64,000 nt of DNA from the human T2T-CHM13v2.0 reference genome, Homo sapiens: the NCBI RefSeq assembly GCF_009914755.1, contig NC_060925.1. One strand, given 5' to 3'. Both the position numbers and the translations under genes were made by a program. This document shows positions 51,486 through 64,000 of the stretch, piece after piece (the stretch's first letter is position 1; the number at the start of each line of letters is the position of its first letter). The notes beneath the pieces were generated by a model. It was not told the origin of the DNA. It worked only from the letters and a program-made list of their open reading frames with translations, and did no database searches.

Positions 51486-54400
51486 GTCCATAAATATCTA
51501 CTGGAGAATAAATGTGAGGGAAGCCAGAGAGGAAGAAAGAAAGGGGTTTACCATCAAGTTGAGAGATGATGACTTTCTGCAGAAATGGCTGCTCTATCTG
51601 GCCATCCAATTTTCCGTGAAGCACACTACGGACTGCAGGTATAAACGAATGCATTTGTCTCATCTTCCTCTGGATTGAAAACTCCATGAACTCGGGAGCT
51701 TTTTGTTAAACTCCAGTTTCCCAGAATAAGGGTCACACCTGCAATAAGTGCTAAATAAATGTGTGAGAAGGAAACGAAACAAAACAAAACTCTCCTGATC
51801 CACAAGTATTAAGAGAAAGAGAAACAGGGACAGTATAAGCCACAAGCAGTGGAAAGTTCTCCACTGGCCAAGGTTCAGTTTGGAAAACTCCAAATTACAG
51901 TTAGGTACTAAATACCTCCTGGGTGCTGAGCCCAGTGTTGGGTGTTCTTGTATATACTTCAATCCTTTAAATATCACCATACATAATAATTGGAAACACT
52001 TAACACACAGAATAGGGGATAAATGGAGCTCCTGTCCTAAGATATTGGCAGGCAGAAGGAGTTACAGGATATAGCTTAATCTGAGATAAACTAGACAATT
52101 ACTTGAAACAATCCTTAATAAAAGGAATTTTAGTTTTTTTCAGATAGATATTTCTATTCATCCATTTTTAGGCAGTAGCATGATTTCGAGTCACCCCGGT
52201 GGAAGGGAATAAGGTTTGGTTTCGCCAAGCATGTAGGAGCTTGAAAGTTGGTTGCTGGTCACAGGAATTAATTGGGACCAGCCGACAATGTTGTTCTGAG
52301 TTGTGGGGTTGGAATGACCCCTTAGAATGCTGGGTGGTGCAGGCTACACCCCACCTAAGTGTAGTTCCTAAATCATCAGTGCTTGATGCAGAATAATTAA
52401 AGACTGAGCATGATTCACATGAGTCTGACTGTATTGAAAACTGATCGGGTATAGATTATAATCCATTTATCAACATCTAATGCAGTTAACCAATTATGAG
52501 GGCCAAGTGGACCATATGAAGAGCAAAATTGTATAGAGTGTCCTTGCCCTGCAAAGGGCCCAGCCCCAGAATCACAGAGATTTTAGCTAAAAGGGATCTG
52601 AGATACAAGACACCTGCTACCTTGAGAGACTCATCCACAGACTTCTCTTCCTCCTCTTCCAGCCTTCTTAACTCACAGACTAAACACAATCCACATGCTG
52701 AGCACAGAACACTATGTTTTTTCTGAAACCACTCATTGCTCCCTCTCCCTCACTCCGCCTCCTCCTACTGCTCTGTCCATTACTTTCCTTCACACTTCTA
52801 AAATCAGGTCATTCACCCCCTTGACACTGTATGGATGAAATACAAAGAGAACTGGATTGGGTGATTGCTTAAATTTGCATGTACAAAGATGCCCATTCAG
52901 CATTATTATAAATAGTAATTTGGAAGGAAAATTGGAAAAGCATCCATGTCCATTATAATGATGAGTTACATTTATGTGAGTTGTATTTATTGGTATGGAA
53001 CAATAGCTATAATAAATTAAGTTGAAAAAATCAGGACTAGGCAGAATGTATAATATTCACTGTTTGTTTCAACAAATATGTAATGTGCCATGCATGGTGC
53101 TAGCCATCAAGAGTATAATAGGATGCTAGTATAAATGATAACATAATTTAAAATAGTAGTAAGTGCTATGAAGCAAAATGCAGGATACTATGAGTATATA
53201 ATTGATGAAAGATTTAACCTACTGCCATTAGTAAAAATGCTGTGTATGGTATGTTTTTAGTAGGTGTGTGTGGTGTTGTGTGTGTGTATGAAAAAGGCTA
53301 GATTATAAATATCTCTATATAAAACCAACAGTTATTAGCCCTAAATTATTTCACTTTTCTTTTCACCATGTTATGAATCTTCCGAAATTACCATGTGTTT
53401 CTTTAGTAGTCAGAAAAAAACTTTAAAAAAAAATTAATTTGGCTTACTAAGCTTGTCTTAGTTTCCTCAGTTATAAGTCAGATTTAGAGTTATCAGCCCT
53501 TTTTCATCTTCCCTTAAGATGAAATAAGAATTTATATTTCCTGACTTTAGAGTGCATAAGGATATATATTACTTTTGCACATTTTAAAGTAACAGTAATA
53601 GAAAGCTTTGGGGAAAAGGAGTCAGACAGACACCCCTCTTCCCGAGGAACACAGTGGGCCATCCTAGGCAGGGGAGCCACCGAGCCCACCTTCTGCGAGA
53701 GCCCAAGAGGTCTCACCATTGTACTTGGCAACTCTTCAAAATGGATCCTCTGCCAAAGTTGAAGCATCAGTTATATCTCAATGTGGAAGACCCAGAAAGG
53801 CTATTACGTTATTTCTGATTAAACTTATTCCTTACAAAGATAAACAGAAAGTTAACTGACATATTTTTAATCTTTGCTATTGATAATTTATCTCTGCTAT
53901 TTGCAGCTGTTTCCAGTACATTGAGTAGCTCAGCTGTAAGCTTCTGTATAAAGCAAAGAGTGAAGCATTCTCTCTGCCACCTCTCGCTGACAACTTAAGA
54001 GCACCTCTCATGGGAGCACAGAACTCTTCCCCACAAAGGGCACAAAGTGTCTAGGGCATGGACTCGGTTGCCCAGTGATTTAAAAAATACCTTGGCCGAT
54101 GCCCATCATGAGACATTCCAAAGGCATGTCCAAAGACATTCTAAAGTACCAGAGTTCCTTAACAAATGCTTATATGTTTTTTTGTAAACTTCACATACTC
54201 ATTGTCATGAAAAACTCTATTTAAATAAGAATAAAAACAACTGAGAAGTTCTAAAACATCTCTCAAATTCCGCCACTGCTAGTAGTGTGGTGAGCATGTG
54301 CCTCAAGATTTCCATCTACGTGCAGCATCCAGGTATTACGTCCACTTTATCCATGGCGGCACTGTTACATAAATGGGATTATTCGCTTCTTTTTTAAAAC

Positions 54401-56539
54401 AAAAAATAAAGAAGGGTATTTAAAGCTTAAAAATAAGCAGATCTTGATTAGGAATTCTAAATCAGGATCATGAGACGCCACATGATGGCTTGGGGAACCA
54501 GTGATGTTTTATTCTTTGAGCGGGGTGCTAATTACAAGATTGTGTTCATTTTGCAAAAATGTGAGCTGTACATCTATGATTTGTGCACTTTTTCAGTTTT
54601 TATGTTATCTTAAAGTTTTTTAACTTAAAACCCCGATTAAGTAAATCGACACTCCATACAAAGAAGAGACGCAGGGAAAGGAAACACTTATAATCCTAAA
54701 CTAGTAAAGTCAATTTGTATGCAGTATTTAATTTTCAGTATCTTAAGAAATTAATCCGTTATTTGTTCATGCACTTTCACACAAATTTGAGAGGCAGTTC
54801 TTCTAAGTCCTAGATTGGATAAACGGGTATTCCTTATCCATCAGTGATTTTAAACTTAAGTCGTAAACACAGTTCTGCAAGGAATCTCCATGCCGAATCA
54901 ACAAAAACTGGGGAAGTCCTAGGTGTAGCAACATTGCAATATAGCCTGCCCTTGCTATGACAGAACATGTAAGCTAACAAGCTATACATTCTATGAACTT
55001 ATTAAATCAGCCAAAGTGTCCACCAGAAATATTAAATCCTATGGACAAGGCTGAAGTTAGTTAAAAAGTGAGATTTAAGTATATACAGATGTGATTCCCC
55101 CCTTTTCCCTATCAGGTATTTTATCTATCTCTTAAGACACTTTTATATATTAAATATATTTTATATTTTGTTTTTACTATTGAAAACAAAATAAGCACAG
55201 TGGTAAAATAAAAGAGGAAATTAATCAAGCACTTTTGCAACACAAGCTATAAATCCAAACATGGCAAATTTCAGAATGCAAACAACAAATTTCTCCAAAT
55301 AGATATGCTCTCCTTATATCTATGTGTAATACAGGGAGGGCCACATCAAGGAAGGTGAACTGGTTGGTGGGTCTTAGGGAGTCTGGGCACTTCATAGAGC
55401 CAGTAAGCAGATGCCCAGAGCTGAGTCCTTAGGTGTCCAGGATGTGAACTGGGAAGATTATCCACCTACTCCTTGGATGGCTAAATCCAAGGAGTAAGAT
55501 GGGAAGTTAGAGATGAAGTACAAAGGCAAAAAGTAATGAATGAGGAGTGTTGAAACAAGTAAATGGAAAGGAAGGAAGAGTGAACGTAAACTGTATCATA
55601 GCTTAACCTGAAGCACCTAAGAAAGTTTTGCTATTATTCTTGAGTCCACATTTATAGGAGGGCATTTAAAGTTGCAGTCAAGGCTATCAACATGAACCAC
55701 ACCACTTCTTTTGTAATCCTATGAGCATCTCTCCAGAGACTTCCTCCATCTCAAACCTATTTAATTTCTAGGCAATGCAGCTAATTAGCTTATTTATCCT
55801 AGGACTTCCATTTATTGCATTGATTTTACCATCAACATCAGACTTAATAGGCCACCACATCAATGGTATTTTCTCTAGCATCCCATGTATGGTGGCTTCT
55901 GTGTCTTCTCACCTAATGGGACCTGTGCAGCATCCATCATGAATCATCAGTATCCAGGAGGCTCAACAATAGGATAAAAATTTGAACAGAACTCATATTT
56001 GCTTATTTTAAGCTTTGCACTTCCTGTAGCCCATCAAGAGTAATTCCTTCCTATAAGACCACAGCAAAATGAATGAGATTACTCATCTTCATTATATTGT
56101 TGGTATGTGTAATTCATAATTTCTAATGCTCTTGACACCATCTTCAAGGAGAAACTCAAAGCCAACCAACACATTCAATTTCCCAAAAACTTGTCACCAC
56201 AATACTTCTTTTTCCAACAAATAGCATCTTAGATCCACCCTATTAATAAAATCACTCATACCTTTATTCTATGTGCTTTAGTTTTCAAGTACCGGAGAAG
56301 AGGGAGGTATTTTGTATGCACTCATTCTCCTCCACATATTTCTATTCATTTGATCAATGTGGTTACAGGTTATCAATGATCAAGAAAATGGCACTGTAGC
56401 CATTAGTAATTTCTAACTATATCTAATTTGTCCTCACTCATTACCTTCAAGCTTCTGAAACCTGTGGACATAGGAATATAGGTGCATGTAACCTCCTCTG
56501 ATCCTCTAGATCCATCTTCTCCTCAGGAACATAATCAAA

Positions 56540-56752
56540 AGCCTACTTTATACAAATAATATATATATTATATATTTATATAAAATATAAATATTTAATT
56601 ATACTATACATAATATAAATATTTATATTATATTATATAATTATATATTATATATGTAATTATATTTTATTATATATTATAATAATTATATATAATATAA
56701 TATAAATATTATATTATATAATAAAATAATATATATTTGTATAAAGTAGGCT
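56540..56752. repeat. AT-rich palindrome (PATRR-like) with 19-bp perfect outer arms
   Basis: AGCCTACTTTATACAAATA (56540-56558) and TATTTGTATAAAGTAGGCT (56734-56752) enclose a near-pure AT self-complementary core. Confidence 0.9.
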
Positions 56753-57036
56753 ATATATATAATATATATTTCTCCTAGGACACACCACATTGTCACTCAC
56801 TTCTAAACACCTCATTGGACTTTGGGAACAGGCCATAGGACTCATCTCATACAGTTATTGATATGTGATATATATTAAAGAGATGAGACCTATAGCCTGT
56901 TACTCAAAGTCCAATAGATAACATAAGTCACATATAGCTATGTGTTATATGCTCTACTATATAGACCCTCAGCTTTTCTCTTAAGTTATGCCTTTATTCA
57001 TTCAACACCATATAAAACCTACTATGTGAAAGGCAC

Positions 57037-57711
<675 letters not shown>

Positions 57712-58159
57712 GGTGGCATGCCAGGTAATGTAAGAATTACAGTGAGGGGGTTTTATTCACTTCTTTTTTTTTTTTTTTTTCAAGCTGCTTGCTTCAAATG
57801 CCAGGGTCATTTGCTTTACTCTTCCACATTTCACCTCCAATCAGTGGCCAGGGCAGGTGGATTTTCTTTCACATCATCTCCTGCTTTATTTTCCATTTTC
57901 TCTCTACCATTCTAATTTAAATCCATATCATCTTTTACCTAGATAATTTTTAAAGCTTCCTTCTAATTTTTCTCCTTGTCATGGTCTCCTAATTAAACAT
58001 TCTATTTTACACAAATATATTAATGTAATCTTCACGATGACCCAATGGAGGTAACAATCATTATTCCCATTTTCCAGAGAAGAAAGCTAAGAATTAAAAA
58101 GGTTTTAAAATTACTGTCCAAAATCACACAATGAGTGTAACATAGAAATTTAACTCCCT

Positions 58160-58593
58160 CCCTGACTTCACCACTATGCAATCTATGCATATAACAAAAT
58201 TATACTTATACCTCATACATTTATACCAATACAAATTAATAAAATAATAAAAATAAAATAAAATAATAATAAAATTAAGAAAAATAAAGAACCTGGATGT
58301 GGTGACTCATGCCTGTAATCCCAGCACTTTGGGAGGCTGAGACAGGCAGATCACTTGAGGCCAGGAGTTCGAGGCCAATCTGACCAACATGGTAAAACCC
58401 TGTCTCTACTGAAAAATACAAAAATCAGCTGGGTGTGGTGGTGCATGCCTGCAGTCCCGGCTACTCAGGAGGCTGAGACATGAGAATCACTTGAACCTTA
58501 GACGTGGAGGTTGCAGTGAGCTGAGATCGCGCCACTGCACTTCAGCCTGGGTGGCCTGAGTGACGGAATGAGATTCTATCTAAAAAGAAAAAA
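58160..58593 (+). mobile_element. L1 3' stub with an Alu (58293-58593) in its tail
   Basis: CTGACTTCACCACTATGCAATCTATGCAT L1 end; outer TSD AGAAATTTAACTCCCT (58144, 58593). Confidence 0.85.
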
Positions 58594-61500
58594 GAAATTT
58601 AACTCCCTGTCTGAGCAACTTTATATCCTCTTTCCACACATTGGACCGTCTCCCAGTTAGACACAGCTGTTTAAGGGAAATTGGTCAGAGTAGGAACATA
58701 AGGTGTTCGTGAGCAAATGACAAAGCAACTAAAACAGGTGACATCGGGAAGGAAGAACAGGAAAAGAGAAATGTCAAAGGTGAGTTGAAATTTCGAGGCT
58801 GGGGCACTGAAAGTTTCTGTAACTTGTTGTCAGGCACCCATCTAGCGCCTGCTCTCTTCCTCTCTACTTTGAAAGGCTATATGAGGAGGTGGTTTCAGGA
58901 ATGAGGGCCCTAGAGCCAGTAGCCATTTATTCCCACCCTGGCATTACCCCTCACTAGCTGTGTGCCCTTCAGAAAGCACAGAACTCTGTGTGCCTTTCCT
59001 CAATGCAACAGGGGTAGTCATTTTAAAATATGTATTTGAAAGCAAGAATGGGGATTACTAAAGGGTTTAAAACACTCAGCACATAGCACATTATGTCCTC
59101 GCTATTTGTAAAATATTGAGAACTTCTACACATTTTCCTCACTTTGAAATAACTTAAAAGTCGTCTGCAATTTGTAATATGAACTTAATTATTTGCATTT
59201 CCTTTAAATTTGTAAATAAAATTTAAAAAGTAATCAGAGGCCAGAGCCCAAGCTGGGCTGGCTTATTTGGTATAACATCTAGCAAGTTCTGACACGCTCC
59301 TGACTCTAATGAGGTCAAAGAGAGTGTTTTAAACAGTGAGTGTCTTTGATCCTGGGTAAGATAACTGATCACATTTGCAATGATGAGAAACATGATTGGT
59401 TTCCTTTTCATCATGGAAAGGATTTAATGAAAATCCAATCTATAGATTCACTCCTCTTCCGGTCAGTGGTCTCTTACTCACTAAAATGAAAGGTGAAATA
59501 TGGTTGCCTAGGCAAAAGCTAGGTGGTCCCTGTTAAATTATTGCCATTTTAGTGTCTGTCATTAAGAAGAGCTCACTTAGAACAAAGCTTTTATTTTAAT
59601 GTAAAACTGGGTACTTTTTCCCCAACCTTTTAAACAGTACTTAATGAAAATAACCAGAGGATGGCCTGAATGTAAACAGCTTGCAGTCACTCTTAGTTCC
59701 CATCGCACCCTTCCACAACTCCAAAGGAAAGTTCACTCTCTTCGGAGGTCTGTACACTTTCATCAGATTGTACTTCAATGATCTCAGCCCCTGACCTGCT
59801 CCTCATTTCTCCCTGAATACTGTAAGAGAATATCACTATGCGTATGTTTATGCCCATGCTCAAAGTATGCTGGCGCGAGAGGGACTCTGCATTTCAGCCC
59901 GGTCCTTTATAATCCTTAAAGGAATGTTCTCAGGCTAATGAAGGGAAGAAAGGAATGATTCTGCCTCAAGCATTCAGGCAAAACATTCCGAAGCACTCAG
60001 AGTCCCATTTAATCCTCATGCTAGATATGTGCATTATTTATTTATTTATTTATTTATTTTTACCCATCCTGACTAAGGAGAAACAGTTTATTTTGACTTC
60101 TCAACAGTTAAGAACTGCTCAAATGGATGAGATGATAAAAGGTACCAGGTGTCACCTAAAGAGGGAAAAATCTGACCTTTGTCTTGGCAGTGATTTCTCT
60201 GGTCTGTGTCCCTATGAATGAATGATCTAGGGATGGTGCATGAAGGCAGGGAATGAGATGAATGATTCTCATAGATCTGGTTTCCAATTTCCCTCTTTCT
60301 GAGTTGTTGGAAAGGCAAACTCACTTCTAAAAATTCCCAACCCTCCCTTCATCACCAGTCTCTTCATTCATCTGGATTATAAACAGAAAAATCATTTCCC
60401 ACACATCAGCTGTGCAGTCAAATAAGTATATTTCAGGCATTCTCTCTCAACAGTAATAGGCTTTATCTTCTTCTCAATGATATGTAATCCTATTTATTAT
60501 CAATGTCCTTTGTCCATTAATCCTTTCGAGAAAATGTTTAGTGGCCCCATTGTTGCAAGCCAGTTCTTCCCCCCATCTCCCGTGTTTTCCTCCTTGTATC
60601 ATGGGTGATTGGGAGGAGACACTTGGAAAAGACATCCAGAGAGCAGAGGCCAAGAGATAAACATGTTGTAACTTCCACAGTGAATTCTAAAACCTCATCT
60701 AAAGACCTCACGTTTACGTTAAGGATCACCTCATCCTGGCAATGTTTGCTTTACTGGATTGAATCAAACTTCCTCCAAAGTCAGATCGTTCTTTCTTTGA
60801 AAACTTGGGCTCCTGTTGTTACTGCCTATGATAGTTTCAAAAGAAAAAAAAAATCACGTGGAAGTTTGCTCTAGTAATGCTTAATGCCTCCAGTAAACAG
60901 TGAAGCTCACAGAACGGTGACAATTCAAAGCAAGCTGCTTAAGGATGAATGGATTTTTACCGCCACACAAACATATCGAGAAAACAGACAACTATTTCTT
61001 TGAAGAATCTCATGGAAATTACAGTTACTTTCAGAGGAAAGAGCACACTTCAGAGAATGCATTAATCGGGGTTTACATCTGAGGTCACCGTAGGACTGTC
61101 CTTCCCTGGCAGAGCCCAGCAAAGTCCTTATAAATTACAAAGCACCATTACCTCTGACATGAAAGGAATCATTTTTCAAAAAATCAGTGCTCTGGTGAAA
61201 AGAGTGTTCCTGCCCTTCTCATAAAAAAAGGACAGTGCCTCAGAGCTCAAGTGACTGTTCAGTCTCATGCTACCAACAGCCATTTTCACCAGCAGAGGCT
61301 AAGAATTCTTTCCCAGGTAACACACTAGGTCTGTAGAAAACTCCAGAGTTTCTTACCATTGCGACCAATCTTCCTTCCCTCCCTGCGGAGTCCAGCAGCC
61401 AGGAGCTGTCGCTGATGTGCTGCTTCCCACAGCCTCTGGAGCCTTCAGAGGCAGAGAATGTTTCATGTGGCACAAACGTATCACCACCGATTACATTTCA

Positions 61501-63427
61501 GTCCCTCAATTGCTGGCCTCAATGCTTTGGAAATCAGCCAAACTGAGCACGAAGAGAGAAAGGGCTGCAGCTTGCAATTTCAGAATTTCCCCTAGAATGT
61601 GCTCTTAAAAACATAGGCCCCTCATTTAGCATTTAAGCAAGCACTGGGGACTGCTATGTTTAATTATGTTTCTCCCTCTTTTCCTTTTAATCTGAGAGGA
61701 GTTGTGTTCCTTGTGGAATGAAATGATAGCAAGATCTCAAGCTGACCCAGGGGAGGCAGGCACCGTGCTGGTGTCCACACACCTCCAACCTGAGCAGAAA
61801 CGGCTGCAATTCCAATCAGAGTAAAGGAGAATCCTGCCTAGACAAAGACGAGCGAAGAGGGGCAATGCTGACGAGCACTCCATGGTTACAGCAGCTCGGT
61901 CATCGGTGGGTGTTTGCTAAGTCCAGACTAAATCCTGTGGCGTAGCGCTGTCAAATCTGAACAGGTGGAAAGAAAAGTTCTTTATTCATCAAGGCAGTGT
62001 AAGGTGCACAGCTTTAGCTTGAAGAGTATAATCAAAGTTCTTCAAATGCAGGGACCATGGCTTCTCAGATGCTTTAAATCTAGCCTGTGCTGCTCACTTA
62101 TATGAAACCACGGGGCTCTTTGCTTTTCCTGCACTTTGGCCACGTTTTATCGTTTAAAAATTTATCTCAGAAGAATTCAATCACACAGCTGGCACACAGC
62201 AGCAGCTGAACCTCATCCAAAGCTCAGACAGGACTCTTTAGAATAATAGTACACATAAGCAAAAACATCTGTTGATTGCCAAATTGTTTACTTGCCTTTC
62301 CTTCGCCACCTGTAAATTGCAGGAGGGCAGGTGCCATGCTTCTTTTGTTCAAATCTGCATCCTCCAGGCAGCATCTATTCCACTCTAGAATATTTACTAG
62401 CTGAGTTAATACATTGATTTCCCATTACTGTTGGAAATGTTGGCAAAGTCCCACAAATTGGTAGAATTCCTTTTGCTTGGAGCCTGATTTGTTCCAGGCT
62501 TGGGTTGGGTTCCTTTTTTTACTGCTTTTCCTCTCATCAAAAAGGAAAAATTCACATCTTCTTGTATGGTTAGGCCTAGAAAGGGCTGGAATAACCTCCA
62601 GCAAAGCTAAATACTTGTTCTAGAGCAAATTCATCCCCAGGAATATAATTTGTGCTGATGGCCTAGGGTTCTGATTTCTTAGAAGAGTCCATGGCATTTA
62701 TCAGGCTCGATGGCATCAAGGAGTAGCTGTGAATCAACAGAGTCCCAGAAAAACACACACATTTTCACACCCTCTGGAAAAAGTCTTTTAGGATAGAGAA
62801 GCCAATATGGCAGGCAAATTAGGTGCCCACATGAGAGACATCTGGCCAAGATGTAGCTCAATGCTTGCATTGAGTAGGTTCTAGACACCCCTTTAAGGGG
62901 TTACATGAATTCAGTAAGTGAATACTCTGAAACTCTGGAGTGTTTAACACCTGTCCCCAAGCTGGAATAAGCCAACATTGCCTAACGTGGATTCTCAGTT
63001 CATCATCCCATCCTGAGGTCCTTTCTCTAGAAACACTCAGCCACATCGTTTTGACTCTACCTTGGGCCATGCCCACTTATCCTTCTCCTCTCATGGGAAG
63101 AGGCGGCAACATCTACTGCAGTGTGACCAGGAAAAAAAGCATTGTCTGCTTTTTTCCATTAGCCTTATATCTGTGCACAAGAAATCCCCTACCGCAGCAT
63201 CAATGAAGCGTCTCCCTTTCTTCTACCTGTTCTGCAAGGTGCAGCGTTATTCTTTCCTCCTTCAGAAAGAGTTCCCTGACATCCTCAACTTACAGCAATT
63301 TATCTTCTCTATGACTGTCACTCAACACTGTCCTAAGCATTTAACATTGAATCATACATTGTCTTCAGACACTTCTTGGATGCCACTGGTTATTTTATTG
63401 TTTATTTTTAGGTATCTTACCATCTAG

Positions 63428-63853
<426 letters not shown>

Positions 63854-64000
63854 TAAAGTTTCCTCTCCCACCATGCTCCTGCTAGTACCTTATACTTCAG
63901 TCACAAAGAACTCCTTGCAGTATCCTCAAGTCACCGTGCTCACCAATACCTCCAGGCCTTTGCACACAAGACACTCCATTCCAGGGATGGTTTTTATTGT

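Noticed and set aside
54110-54146. p53-like half-site AGGCATGTCC within a short degenerate repeat
   Set aside because: Flanking half-sites lack the CWWG core, so there is no full response element

Overview
Primate (very likely human) genomic DNA that appears intronic or intergenic. It is dense in Alu (about 27 copies), L1, L2, MIR, MaLR/ERV1 LTRs and DNA-transposon relics (MER1B, MER20, MER85, Tigger3, MER82). I recognise no protein-coding exon, structural RNA gene or CpG-island promoter. The longest ORFs in the track come from Alu, L1 or AT-rich tandem repeats, and the remaining short ORFs match nothing I recognise. The notable content is structural: (1) an ERV1 3'-fragment that looks retrotransposed by L1 machinery (15-bp TSD, ends just after the LTR poly(A) signal); (2) an Alu-anchored inverted copy of 215 bp of flank about 9.3 kb from its source; (3) a near-identical tandem duplication of an Alu plus its AT-rich VNTR tail; (4) a 63-bp mitochondrial CYTB fragment (micro-NUMT) inside an L1; (5) a PATRR-like AT-rich palindrome; (6) a rearranged MER85; plus weak candidate exons and a possible ancient env relic. 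Repeat family names come from memory of consensus sequences and need RepeatMasker/Dfam confirmation.
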